A stretch of 64,000 nucleotides of DNA, taken from positions 4,704 through 68,703 of the forward strand of contig JALVQN010000174.1 of assembly GCA_027025555.1 (NCBI GenBank). Direction: 5' to 3'. A program made the position numbers and the translations under genes. Origin of the DNA: Desulfobacterales bacterium. GTDB lineage: Bacteria; Desulfobacterota; Desulfobacteria; Desulfobacterales; UBA2156. Under the pieces are notes generated by a model, which did no database searches, had not been told where the DNA came from, and saw only the letters and a program-made list of their open reading frames with translations. Shown piece after piece: positions 1 through 8,676 of this stretch (positions are counted from its first letter, which is position 1; each line of letters begins with the position of its first letter).

Positions 1-356
1 CAGAGATCGGTGAAGATCTCTTTGGGGATGAGGTAACATTCCGTATCCTCTTTGGCCTTCACGGTGCGTACGGCGCGGCCCTCGTTCATCAGGATCGAAA
101 TGCCCCCGAAGATTTCTCCCCGGCTCAATACGCTGCCCAGGATCTTCTCTCCCTTTTCGGTGTCATAATAAAGCTCCAGGGTGCCTTCCTTCACGATGTG
201 GACCGCTTCCACCGGGGAGACTTTCTGGGTGAAGAGGGTGGTTTGCCGTGGAAAACTTTTCACGGTCACCGATCCGGCGACATGGCGCACCTCCTCTTCC
301 GGGAGGGATTGGAAAAGGGGGAGACGACGAAGAAAGGAAAAAGCGGCGTCACTCAT
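1..356 (-). CDS. cyclic-nucleotide-binding (CAP-effector type) domain protein; N-terminal part only, the gene runs off the left edge
   Basis: Own reverse-strand translation from ATG 356-354: MSDAAFSFLRRLPLFQSLPEEEVRHVAGSVTVKSFPRQTTLFTQKVSPVEAVHIVKEGTLELYYDTEKGEKILGSVLSRGEIFGGISILMNEGRAVRTVKAKEDTECYLIPKEIFTDL, open to position 1. This is the typical cNMP-binding pattern (lPlF..L...e...la, G.lel, GEiFG..sll....R.atv.A). It starts 3 nt after the stop (361-359) of the upstream gene. It is absent from the ORF track because it is truncated. Confidence 0.75.
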   Translation of the reverse strand, partial: MSDAAFSFLRRLPLFQSLPEEEVRHVAGSVTVKSFPRQTTLFTQKVSPVEAVHIVKEGTLELYYDTEKGEKILGSVLSRGEIFGGISILMNEGRAVRTVKAKEDTECYLIPKEIFTDL

Positions 357-358
357 GG

Positions 359-2545
359 TCAATACCGTTTTCTGGCATAAAAGGTCTTTTGGGAAAGGGC
401 CATGGCTTCTTTGAGGGTGCGGACCCCAATCTGTTCCAACAAGGCAATCAACTTGAGGAAGATTTCACCGGTGACGATGGCGTCGCCCAGGGCCGTGTGC
501 CGGCCGATGACACTGACACCCAGGCGCCGGGCGATGGTCTCCAGGTCATGGTTGTCTTGGGTGGGATGGAGGGCGGCAGAGAGCAAGAGGGTATCCAGGA
601 CCGGCGCGGTAAAGCGGACGCCGGTCTTTTCTTCCTTGAGCCGGAGCATCTGCATGTCGAAGGCGGCGTTGTGGGCCACCAGGACGGTGCCTTGGGCAAA
701 CCGGTGAAACAGGGGGAGCACTTGCTCAATGGGGGGCTGGCCTTTGAGCATTTCGTCTGAAATGCCGTGAATGCGAAAAGATTCCGGGGATACAAGACGC
801 CCGGGGTTCACGAGCTGATCAAAGACGTCCTCTTTAAGGAGGCGGCCGTTGACGATGCGAACCGCCCCGATGGAGATGATTTCATCCCCTTCCCTTAAAT
901 TCAACCCCGTGGTTTCCGTGTCAAAGACCGTATAGGAGAGTTCGGACAACAGGCGATCGTCCAGTTCGGAAGCCTGCCCATAATGGTCGAAGAGGTCAAA
1001 GTCGTAAAACTCAGGCCGGCTCCCGGGCAAAAGGGTCAGCGGCATGCGAAGTTCGGTGGAGGCCGCGCGCTGAACCTCTGGAAAGAGGATCCTGAGCGCG
1101 GCGGTACCGGGGCCCTTTGTCTCGGAAAGGGGAAGGATCTCGGCTTCATGATACCGAAAGATCTGACCCAGGGGAAGCGGAATCAGGGCACCGTTCACAT
1201 GAAGCGGTTCTTCCTTCCATGTGCGGAGCACGGCCATGGTAACGGGTTCCCCGCTCCAATGGAAATCCATGTACAAGAACCCGTCTTTTTTCCCCAGTTC
1301 CAGGGTGAAGCCTCCTTCTTCCGCATCGTCCCGGACCCGCTGCTTCAGACGACTCAACAAAAAGAGGATGGCCAACAAGGCGGAATAGCCGTCCAGATCG
1401 ATCCACGCCTCCTGAAGGGGGGTCTCCACCTTCAAAGGGATGCCGAGCTTGGCCTGGGCCTGTCGTTTCACCATCTCCAGAAAGTCGATCGCCGCGGTTC
1501 TCACCCGGGGCCATCGTTGGAACAGGCGCCTGGGATATTCTTCGCACACGGCGTTGACCCGGCTTCCGATGGTCATGGAGGCGTCGTGGATGATGGTTTC
1601 GAACCGGCGCCGTTTTTCCGCATCCATTTGCGGGTAAGCCATCATGGATTCCACGGCGGAGCGGATTGCGGCCAGGGATGTCCGGATCCCGGTGGTCACC
1701 TCCTGAAGGAGGGCCTCGATGCGGCCTTCCTTTTCGATGCGCCGGGTGATGTCCTCCATGATGAGGGCGTACCCGGTGCAGATCCGGTCACATTCATCCA
1801 AGACGGGAAGCAGCTCCACCTTGAGCAGGTTCCCGGAGGGGCTCACCATGACGAAACGCGAAGCCACATCGGTTTCTTGACGCTCCAGTTTCAGGGCGAT
1901 CTCATCCAGGGCATGAACAATGTGGTTCTTCTCCATGACCCCGAAGATGGACCGCCCCAGCCCGATGAAATGCCCGGGACGGCAGGTGGCCTCGGAATCG
2001 TTGGAGGGCGGTTCTGCTTCGAGAAACTGGCGGGCTTGTTTGTCGCACAAGAGGATCTGCCCTTCGGCGTTGCAGATGATAACCCCCTGGGGCAGTTCCG
2101 ACAAGATGGCGGCGAACATGTTCCGCTCTTCCTCGATATCCCTTCGGGCCGATTCAATCTGTTTGCTGACATCCTGTTGCAGGGCTTCGCTGCGGTCGGC
2201 CCATCTGTTGAGGAGGCGGATCAGCTCCCCGACGCCCTTCCCTCCTTCTCCTGAAATCCGGTGGGAAGGATTGACCGACTGCATGACGTGAAGCTCTTCC
2301 GTCACTTTTTTAATGGGAAGAATATACAAATGGAAGATCCCGTCCAAAATTATTCCGAAGCCGAGGAAGAGGATGAAACCTGCACCGAAGAAGTAGATGA
2401 ACCGTTCCTTGAGCACTTCGTAAAAGATGCTCTTTTCATCCAGGGCCAGTTGACTCCAGAACATATAAACGATGAAACCCACGGTGGCGAAGGTGAGGAT
2501 GAGAGCGGCGACGGAAAACCACCAGAACTGGTTCTTGCTTCTCAT
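359..2545 (-). CDS. membrane-anchored HAMP/PAS sensor with a degenerate histidine-kinase-like core fused to a C-terminal DEDDh 3'-5' exonuclease (DnaQ/epsilon-like)
   Basis: Track ORF 359..2782 trimmed to ATG 2545 (MRSKNQFWWFSVAALILTF...). That ATG overlaps the receiver gene stop by 4 nt (ATGA), and the longer extension is R/P/G-rich and lies inside the receiver gene. Features in order: two N-terminal hydrophobic helices; a PAS-like segment (FAAILSELPQGVIICNAEGQILLCD); a DHp-like helix TTGIRTSLAAIRSAVE where kinases have SHELRTPL (no His); exonuclease motifs FDTETTG, HNAAFD, HTALGDA. Confidence 0.8.
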   Translation of the reverse strand: MRSKNQFWWFSVAALILTFATVGFIVYMFWSQLALDEKSIFYEVLKERFIYFFGAGFILFLGFGIILDGIFHLYILPIKKVTEELHVMQSVNPSHRISGEGGKGVGELIRLLNRWADRSEALQQDVSKQIESARRDIEEERNMFAAILSELPQGVIICNAEGQILLCDKQARQFLEAEPPSNDSEATCRPGHFIGLGRSIFGVMEKNHIVHALDEIALKLERQETDVASRFVMVSPSGNLLKVELLPVLDECDRICTGYALIMEDITRRIEKEGRIEALLQEVTTGIRTSLAAIRSAVESMMAYPQMDAEKRRRFETIIHDASMTIGSRVNAVCEEYPRRLFQRWPRVRTAAIDFLEMVKRQAQAKLGIPLKVETPLQEAWIDLDGYSALLAILFLLSRLKQRVRDDAEEGGFTLELGKKDGFLYMDFHWSGEPVTMAVLRTWKEEPLHVNGALIPLPLGQIFRYHEAEILPLSETKGPGTAALRILFPEVQRAASTELRMPLTLLPGSRPEFYDFDLFDHYGQASELDDRLLSELSYTVFDTETTGLNLREGDEIISIGAVRIVNGRLLKEDVFDQLVNPGRLVSPESFRIHGISDEMLKGQPPIEQVLPLFHRFAQGTVLVAHNAAFDMQMLRLKEEKTGVRFTAPVLDTLLLSAALHPTQDNHDLETIARRLGVSVIGRHTALGDAIVTGEIFLKLIALLEQIGVRTLKEAMALSQKTFYARKRY

Positions 2546-2916
2546 CCGGGGCCCTCCAGAAGACTTTGGACCCGGGACAGGATTTCCGCATTGGAAAAAG
2601 GCTTGATAATGTAGGCGTCGGCGCCCAGGACCATCCCCTTGGCCACATCCACGTCCCGCCCTTTTGCGGTCAGGAAGATGATCTTGATGTCCCGCCATTT
2701 TTCGTTGAGGCGCACGATCTGGCATACCTCGAACCCGTCGATGCCCGGGAGCATGATATCGAGGAGCATCAGGTCCGGGCACGACCGGGAGATGGCTTCC
2801 AGGGCCTCCTCCCCGCTGTAGGCAACGTCCACCATGTAACCGTTTTGTTCCATCAAAAACTGCAGCGGCACGACGATGTTGGGCTCGTCATCGACGATGA
2901 GTATCTTCTTGGGCAT
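2542..2916 (-). CDS. single-domain response regulator (CheY-like receiver)
   Basis: 124 aa, MPKKILIVDDEPNIV...PDLMLLDIMLPGIDGFEV...IIFLTAKG...YIIKPF. Acidic pocket DD, phospho-acceptor D in LLDIMLP, T/K signature residues present. ATG at 2916. Confidence 0.9.
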   Translation of the reverse strand: MPKKILIVDDEPNIVVPLQFLMEQNGYMVDVAYSGEEALEAISRSCPDLMLLDIMLPGIDGFEVCQIVRLNEKWRDIKIIFLTAKGRDVDVAKGMVLGADAYIIKPFSNAEILSRVQSLLEGPG

Positions 2917-3024
2917 GTGCGAAGCCTTTTGTCAAGCCGTATGTGGAAGAGTGGAGCGGATGGACAATGGATGGTGCAGGGTGTGTCCCATTCTCACCCT
3001 GACACATAAGAAAAAGGGGGTTTT

Positions 3025-3053
3025 GGCGGCCGGGGGGAAAGCCCCCGGCCGCC
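3025..3053 (-). terminator. GC-rich hairpin downstream of the permease/micropeptide genes (possible bidirectional intrinsic terminator)
   Basis: 12-bp perfect stem GGCGGCCGGGGG / CCCCCGGCCGCC with a 5-nt loop. An A-run lies on one side and a T-run on the other (gcgttttt on +, aaaaccccctttttc on -). It sits 20 nt after the stop of the 28-aa ORF. Confidence 0.45.
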
Positions 3054-3073
3054 GCGTTTTTCATGGGATCAGG

Positions 3074-3160
3074 TTATCCCCACAGTCCCATGCCGAAAGT
3101 TGCGGTAAACAGGATGCAAAAGGCAACGATGCCGATCATCCACAGGTCTTCTGGTTTCAT
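3074..3160 (-). CDS. 28-aa single-TM micropeptide, candidate symporter small accessory subunit
   Basis: Own translation: MKPEDLWMIGIVAFCILFTATFGMGLWG*. Strong SD AAGGAGGTG lies 6 nt upstream of ATG 3160, which is 28 nt after the permease stop (3189). Below the length cut-off of the ORF track. Confidence 0.45.
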   Translation of the reverse strand: MKPEDLWMIGIVAFCILFTATFGMGLWG

Positions 3161-3188
3161 AGAGACACCTCCTTAAGGGCAAAGGGAT

Positions 3189-5042
3189 TTAGGCTTCCTT
3201 GACCACGATCCTGGTCTCTTTTTCGGCGCGTTCCATCTGGATATCCGTGGTGGTGGCCATCTCGGCCTTGAACGTCAACGCCCACATCATGATGATGCCC
3301 AAAATCCACCAGAAAATCTGCCAGGACCAAATGGGCGGAAATCCGGCGAAGGAGAAGGCGTTGTTGCCCAGGATACAGGCCGGCCCGATGGCGAAGAAAT
3401 ACCACACGGGAACCACGATCTTCATGGCGCTGCGCCACTTTTTCCCGGATTCCGAAGGCGCATCAATGTCGTCAAGGAAGGCGCGCACCTCGTTTTGACG
3501 CTTGATGGTCTCCTCGTCGTCCTTGATGCCGAGGCCTCTGCAGATGTAGGCGACCACCAGGCCCACGAAGGTTCCCCAGAAGGCACAGTGCATGGAAAGC
3601 GGATATTTCCAGACATAAAAGGTCAAGAAGACCGAAATCATCCCTGCCAGGACGCCCAGGGTGGCGCCGATGCTGGGGAATCGGAACCCCCAATGGACCC
3701 CCAACAGGAAGATGTACATGACGAACCCGAAGGCGGTGGCCAGGGCCCCGAGGATCACCAGGGCGGCCTTGGACGTGAGTCCCACCCAGAGCGCGGCGAT
3801 GGTCACCACCGTGGCCAGGACCCGGTTCATCCAGATCTGCTCGGAATGGCCGGCTTCCTGCTTCCGGATATACCGCCAATACACATCCCGCAGCAGGATG
3901 GTGCCGCCGGTGCCGATGTAAGGCGCGGCGGTGGAATGGATGGCCGCGATGGCGCCCAAAAAGACCAGACCCAAAACCACGGGTGGGAGGAACTGGGTCA
4001 TGAGGATGGGCACCACGTCTTTATCCCGGGCAAAATGGAGCACCGTCCCGTCCGAAAGGGTGTATCCCGTCATTTCCAACACCCGGGCGCCCATGCCCTG
4101 GAAGGCGGTGAAATAAAACAGGGCGAATCCCACCACGAAGGTGGACATGAAGGTCTGCTGCCAGGCCAGGGGCTTCGGGGACTTGATCCCGAAATTCCAC
4201 AGGGTGAAGGCCGGGGAGGACTGGATCCCCATGAGGGCGAACATGTAGGTCAGGACCATGACGGCGGTCCACACCGTGGTCTTGTGCGCCTTGGCATAGA
4301 CGCCGGCGTCCAGGGCCGGCCACATGAAGCCCGGCACCTTCAGCATGCGCGCTTTCATGTTGATGCCGTTGACATCCGTTGGCAGTTCCTGGAGTTTCTG
4401 GGTGAACGCCGACCATCCGCCGATGGCGTCTGACGTGATGATGAAATAGCCGAGCAGGATGATCCCGCCCACCAGGAGGATGAACTGGATGACCCCCACC
4501 CAGGTGGAAGCCCGCAATCCCCCGGCGCAGACATAAAACCATACGATGAAGGCCATGAAGATGGCGCCGAAGGTAATGGGCACGCCCGCCACCCAGTGGA
4601 ACAGGGCGGCCGACGCCATGAGCTGCACGGCAGAGTAAAACATGGAATACAAGAAGGCGGTCAATACGGTGAGCCATCGGGCGAACTCGGAGTTATAATA
4701 ATACGCGAACATGTCTCCGGGCGTCACGAATCCGTACCGTTTCCCCATGAGCCAGTTCCTTTTTGCGAAGAAGGTCCCGGTGATGGGGATGGTCAGGACA
4801 TAAAAAGACGCGAAGGCGTATGCCAAGCCGTCGCGCCAGATGAGACCCGGATGGCCGATGAAGGTCCACCCTGAAAACGAGGCCGCCGTCGCCGCCATCA
4901 GAAAGGCGATGAAGGGGATCGACCGACCGGCCACCGCGTAACCGGACGCCGTCTTTTCCGTGAAATACCCCTTCAACCCCCAGTAAAAGCAATAGATGAT
5001 GTAAATACCCAAAAAGATATAGACCCAAGTGGTTCCACTCAT
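3189..5042 (-). CDS. actP: sodium:solute symporter (SSS) family permease, acetate/monocarboxylate permease by context
   Basis: 617 aa, polytopic and very hydrophobic, with SSS-like sequence throughout. ATG 5042 is preceded by AGGAGG. It lies directly downstream of acs. The gene symbol is assigned by context only. Confidence 0.75.
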   Translation of the reverse strand: MSGTTWVYIFLGIYIIYCFYWGLKGYFTEKTASGYAVAGRSIPFIAFLMAATAASFSGWTFIGHPGLIWRDGLAYAFASFYVLTIPITGTFFAKRNWLMGKRYGFVTPGDMFAYYYNSEFARWLTVLTAFLYSMFYSAVQLMASAALFHWVAGVPITFGAIFMAFIVWFYVCAGGLRASTWVGVIQFILLVGGIILLGYFIITSDAIGGWSAFTQKLQELPTDVNGINMKARMLKVPGFMWPALDAGVYAKAHKTTVWTAVMVLTYMFALMGIQSSPAFTLWNFGIKSPKPLAWQQTFMSTFVVGFALFYFTAFQGMGARVLEMTGYTLSDGTVLHFARDKDVVPILMTQFLPPVVLGLVFLGAIAAIHSTAAPYIGTGGTILLRDVYWRYIRKQEAGHSEQIWMNRVLATVVTIAALWVGLTSKAALVILGALATAFGFVMYIFLLGVHWGFRFPSIGATLGVLAGMISVFLTFYVWKYPLSMHCAFWGTFVGLVVAYICRGLGIKDDEETIKRQNEVRAFLDDIDAPSESGKKWRSAMKIVVPVWYFFAIGPACILGNNAFSFAGFPPIWSWQIFWWILGIIMMWALTFKAEMATTTDIQMERAEKETRIVVKEA

Positions 5043-5184
5043 TCCTGCCTCCTATGCTGTCCGATTGTTGAGTTTTCCCGAACGGAGCATGATCTGCCGG
5101 GTATGGCGCTTTCCACCACCTCCTTTCCTTTGATTTTGATTGAAGCCCTTTCCCAGGGATTCAAACGGATGTGTGCCGGTCTGG

Positions 5185-5207
5185 GCCGGGGGTGAAACAC
5201 CCCCGGC
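5185..5207 (-). terminator. GC hairpin between acs and the permease gene (attenuator or RNA-stability element; no U-tract)
   Basis: GCCGGGGGTG-aaa-CACCCCCGGC, a 10-bp stem 16 nt after the acs stop. It is not followed by a T-run on the minus strand, so a true terminator is doubtful. Confidence 0.25.
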
Positions 5208-5222
5208 AGGCGGTACTTTCGA

Positions 5223-7256
5223 TTATCCTTGCATCATTTGCTTGATTTGTTCCACGATTTCCGGATTGGCCAGCGTGGTGACATCCCCTTCCGGCTGTTT
5301 GTTGGAAAGGGCGGCCAAAACCCGGCGCATGATCTTTCCGGACCGGGTCTTGGGCATGTCAGCTACGATCCAGACATTCCGGGGCTTGGCGATCTTTCCG
5401 ATCTCGTTGATGATGGAATCCATGACTTTCTTTTGGATTTCCTCGCTGGCCTCGTAACCGGGCTTCAAGGAGACGTAAAGATCCGGTTCTTTTCCTTTGA
5501 TCTCGTGGGCCACGGGTACCACGGCGGCTTCCGCCACCTCTTCCACGAGGAGCGCGGCGGACTCGATCTCCTTGGTTCCCAACCGGTGCCCGGAGACGTT
5601 GATGACGTCGTCGATGCGCCCCAGAATCCGTACATAGCCGTCGGCCGCCACCACCGCGGCGTCGCCGGTCAAGTAGGGCCAATCCCGCCAGTCTTTGGAA
5701 TCGGGATTCTTGCAGTAGCGTTCGTAGTACTGCCGGACATAGCGGTCCCGGTCGCCCCAGATGGTCTGAAAGGCGCCGGGCCAGGGGTTCTGGATGCAGA
5801 TGTTCCCGGCCTTCCCGGTTCCGGGTTCCACCACATTGCCCTCATCGTCATAGACAATGGGATGAATGCCCGGCATCCCCGGTCCCGCGCTCCCGGGTTT
5901 CATGGGGCTGATGGCCGGAAGGGTGCTGCAGAGGAACCCGCCGGTCTCGGTCTGCCACCAGGTGTCCACGATGACGGCCTTGCCTTTTCCCACCACCTCA
6001 TAGTACCATTTCCACACTTCGGGTTCGATGGGTTCGCCCACGGTGGTCATGTGCTTGAACTGATAGTTGTACTTCTTGGGCTCATCGGGGCCGATCTTTC
6101 TCAGGGCCCGGATGGCCGTGGGGGCGGTGTGGAAGATGTTCACGTCCAGATCCTGGGCGATGCGCCAAGGCCTTCCGGGATCCGGGTAGTTGGGAATCCC
6201 TTCATAGACCACGCTGGAAGCGGCGATGGCCAGCGGTCCATAAACAATATAGGAATGGCCGGTGATCCAGCCGATGTCGGCCATGCACCAGTAAACGTCC
6301 GTGGGATGGATATCCTGGACATACTTGGAGGTCCCGGCCGTGTAAGCGAGGTAGCCGCCGGTGCTGTGCTGGCACCCCTTGGGTTTGCCGGTGGTGCCGC
6401 TGGTGTACATGAGAAAGAGCGGCTCCGCCGCATCCATCTTTTCCGGTTCCACCCGGGCGCCGTAGTAGTCTTTCAGGAGATCGTTGACGATGAAATCCCG
6501 GCCTTCCACGAGGGGGGTCTTGGCGCTGTATTTTCCGGGATACCGCTGCCATATGAGGACCTTGTCCACCTTCTGGCCGTCCTGTGCTGCAGCGGCAACG
6601 GCTTCATCCGCCTTCTCCTTGTGATCCAGGAGGGTGCCGCCGCGATAGTAGCTGTCGATGGTGACGAGCACATTGCTGCCCGAGTCCACGATGCGGTCGG
6701 CACAGGCTTTTCCGGAAAACCCGCCGAAGACCTGGGAGTGGATGACCCCCAAGCGGGCACACGCCAGCATGGTGATGGGGAGTTCGGCGGTCATGGGGAG
6801 ATGCAGGGTGACGCGATCCCCCCGCTTGAGTCCTGCAAAATCGCGGAGGAGAGCCGCCATTTCATTGACGCGTACATAGAGTTCCTGGTAGGTGATGTGC
6901 TCCACCTTCTCGTCTTCCGGCTCCGGTACAAAGTGGATGGCCGTCTTATTCTTGTATTCCTTGAGATGGCGGTCCACGCAATTGTAACTGGCGTTGATCT
7001 TCCCGCCCACGAACCATTTCCAACAAGGGGCGTCGGACGTGTCCAGGGTGGTGTGCCAGTACTCGTACCACGTGAGCAGGTCTGCATATTCCTTGAAGCA
7101 ATTGGGGAAATTGTCCAGGGAGAACCGGTCGAAAATGGTCTTGTCCGTCATGTTCGCCTGGGCGATGAATTCTGCCGGGGGATAAATGTATTCTTCCTCT
7201 TGCCAGTGTACGGCGATTTGGGCTTCAGATGTTTCTACCACTTCTTTTTCGGCCAT
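5223..7256 (-). CDS. acs: acetyl-CoA synthetase (acetate--CoA ligase, AMP-forming)
   Basis: 677 aa with the AMP-binding signature YTSGTTGKPKG, plus WWQTETGG and the C-terminal PKTRSGKIMRR motif typical of Acs. ATG at 7256 with GGAGGG SD. Confidence 0.95.
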   Translation of the reverse strand: MAEKEVVETSEAQIAVHWQEEEYIYPPAEFIAQANMTDKTIFDRFSLDNFPNCFKEYADLLTWYEYWHTTLDTSDAPCWKWFVGGKINASYNCVDRHLKEYKNKTAIHFVPEPEDEKVEHITYQELYVRVNEMAALLRDFAGLKRGDRVTLHLPMTAELPITMLACARLGVIHSQVFGGFSGKACADRIVDSGSNVLVTIDSYYRGGTLLDHKEKADEAVAAAAQDGQKVDKVLIWQRYPGKYSAKTPLVEGRDFIVNDLLKDYYGARVEPEKMDAAEPLFLMYTSGTTGKPKGCQHSTGGYLAYTAGTSKYVQDIHPTDVYWCMADIGWITGHSYIVYGPLAIAASSVVYEGIPNYPDPGRPWRIAQDLDVNIFHTAPTAIRALRKIGPDEPKKYNYQFKHMTTVGEPIEPEVWKWYYEVVGKGKAVIVDTWWQTETGGFLCSTLPAISPMKPGSAGPGMPGIHPIVYDDEGNVVEPGTGKAGNICIQNPWPGAFQTIWGDRDRYVRQYYERYCKNPDSKDWRDWPYLTGDAAVVAADGYVRILGRIDDVINVSGHRLGTKEIESAALLVEEVAEAAVVPVAHEIKGKEPDLYVSLKPGYEASEEIQKKVMDSIINEIGKIAKPRNVWIVADMPKTRSGKIMRRVLAALSNKQPEGDVTTLANPEIVEQIKQMMQG

Positions 7257-7382
7257 AAATCCTACCCTCCTTGGTTCGTTGTTGATTGCCCGTTATACGT
7301 GCTTCCTTATGCCACTCCTTGAAACACCCCCTTTCCCTTGACTTTAAGTGGAATGAAACGGTCCACGGCATTTTAAACCGCT

Positions 7383-8012
7383 TCAGGCACATATGCCGCG
7401 CCAAAAAATTTCAAAGGCCAGCTCCAGGGTGGGTCTTAGATAGTCTTTGTCTTCATCGATGATTTTCTTGCTTTCCTCCCACAGGACGATTCCGGAAAAA
7501 AGGGCCCACAGCGAATCGGCCATGGCCGTGGGATGCCGGTCAATGAAAAGCTTTTGTTGGATCCCTTCTTGAAAAACAAGAGCCATGGACCGCAGGCATT
7601 TTCGGGACAAGGCCTTGATTTCCTCGATCAATTCATCGGAAAGGTTCTTGAGGGTTTCACTCGATTGCAAATGAAACATGTTGATGAGAACCAGGGGATC
7701 GAATTCGTGAACCTCGTACAGGGCTTGTTTGAGGACCTGAAACTTCTTTTCAACAGAAAGGCGCCCCTTTCGGTGCAGCTCTTCTACCCGGATACTCAAA
7801 AATTGGAGCATCCGGAGGGATAAAGAGGCGAAGAGCTCGTCCTTGTTCTTGAAATACAGATAAAGCGTGCCGGGGCTGAGTTCCGCCTCTTTGGCGATGT
7901 CTTCCATGGTGCTCTTATTGAAGCCTTTGGCGTTGAAAACACGCTTGGCCGCCACCATGATCTGCTGTCGCCGTCTTTCCCGCTCCCGCTCCTTCCGTTC
8001 CTGTATTCCCAT
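7383..8012 (-). CDS. TetR/AcrR family transcriptional regulator
   Basis: 209 aa. N-terminal [44 protein letters not shown] is the classic TetR_N signature. Confidence 0.9.
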   Translation of the reverse strand: MGIQERKERERERRRQQIMVAAKRVFNAKGFNKSTMEDIAKEAELSPGTLYLYFKNKDELFASLSLRMLQFLSIRVEELHRKGRLSVEKKFQVLKQALYEVHEFDPLVLINMFHLQSSETLKNLSDELIEEIKALSRKCLRSMALVFQEGIQQKLFIDRHPTAMADSLWALFSGIVLWEESKKIIDEDKDYLRPTLELAFEIFWRGICA

Positions 8013-8045
8013 AATATAATGAATTGGATTTATTTGTTGCAGTCT

Positions 8046-8074
8046 TTTTTAGTCTCTATTTTTTCTTTAGTCAA
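8046..8074 (-). promoter_or_regulatory. candidate sigma70 promoter for the TetR gene
   Basis: Minus strand TTGACT-17 nt-TAAAAA, about 30 nt upstream of ATG 8012. The same spacer contains AGTCT/AGTCT/AGTCA repeats (8041, 8051, 8069) that could be operator half-sites. Confidence 0.3.
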
Positions 8075-8124
8075 GAAAAAAATGTGCGTTTTGGGGTTGC
8101 CAAGACAGGGAAAAAGAGGCTAAA

Positions 8125-8658
8125 GTGCCTCCGGACGCCAACATCTTGCGTTTTCCCGGGAAAGGGGGCTTTTTGGAATTTCAACGGATCGACCTGAAAG
8201 GGATTCCCCTCAGCGTGCGTTACGGCATTCTTTTGCTGTGGGGCGGATGGGCCCTCCATTATTTTTACTATTTTTTCTTTTACCGAAAACAGTATCCCAC
8301 CGTTTCTCCCGTGGAAATGTATCTGCAGTTGGCGGTGGGCATCGGCATTTGCTATTTCGTGGCCCTTATCAAAAAATGGGCCCGGGCCATGAGCCTTTTT
8401 TTCAACCTGGGAAACTTCGCCATTCATGCCGCGGCGTGCGGGTTGTTCATCTATGCCTTCGCCACCAGCGATATCCAGGCCCAAACCGCGGCGGAACGCG
8501 TACTCACCCTGAAAGCGGCAAAAGTGCCCCTCCTGCACGGGATCATCGCGATCCTTTTCGCCGCATCCACCTATTTCCTCTTGAAAAGAGAGACGGTGCG
8601 CTATTTTGCCGAAAAAAACCCGGCTCCCGACACCCGCGGATCGACCCAAAAATCCTAA
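8125..8658 (+). CDS. hypothetical integral membrane protein (about 4 TM)
   Basis: 177 aa with a GTG start after AAGAGG. GC3-biased codons and sensible hydrophobic segments (GILLLWGGWALHYFYYFFF, LQLAVGIGICYFVALI, ...). The overlapping ORFs 8071..8907(-) and 8238..9011(+) translate to R/G/P-rich junk. Confidence 0.55.
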   Translation: MPPDANILRFPGKGGFLEFQRIDLKGIPLSVRYGILLLWGGWALHYFYYFFFYRKQYPTVSPVEMYLQLAVGIGICYFVALIKKWARAMSLFFNLGNFAIHAAACGLFIYAFATSDIQAQTAAERVLTLKAAKVPLLHGIIAILFAASTYFLLKRETVRYFAEKNPAPDTRGSTQKS

Positions 8659-8676
8659 AGAGAAAGGGGTATTCCC

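Noticed and set aside
2546-2782. The 79-aa N-terminal extension of the exonuclease ORF (807-aa version in the track).
   Set aside because: The extension lies entirely inside the receiver gene in another frame and is R/P/G-rich. ATG 2545 gives an ATGA stop-start overlap and begins directly with a TM helix.
2982-3006. Inverted repeat TGTGTC-N13-GACACA upstream of the receiver gene as a CRP/FNR-type site.
   Set aside because: Its spacing and half-sites do not match TGTGA-N6-TCACA. A 6-bp palindrome of this kind can arise by chance, and there is no supporting promoter.
5043-5222. A strong SD-like run AAAGGAAAGGAGGTGGTGG and mini-ORFs (12-26 codons) in the acs-permease spacer; possible leader peptide or a missing DUF485/YjcH gene.
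   Set aside because: No start codon sits at a workable distance from the SD. The mini-ORF products are not hydrophobic like YjcH. The evidence is insufficient.
7300-7314. Sigma54-like element TGGCAT-N-..GCA upstream of acs (minus strand TGGCATAAGGAAGCA).
   Set aside because: The GG-to-GC spacing is one nucleotide short of the strict -24/-12 geometry, and the -12 box is AGCA rather than TTGC.
5229-7322. Very long ORFs antisense to real genes. Examples: 5229..7322(+) 697 aa opposite acs; 35363..37537(-) 724 aa opposite the peptidase and larC; 43647..45365(-) 572 aa opposite fhs; 15180..16835(+) 551 aa opposite uvrB/cysS; 39676..40899(-) opposite the ABC gene.
   Set aside because: Their translations are low-complexity G/R/P/H/D-rich strings with no motifs. 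They mirror genes with unmistakable family signatures, and such stop-free shadow frames are expected in high-GC DNA.
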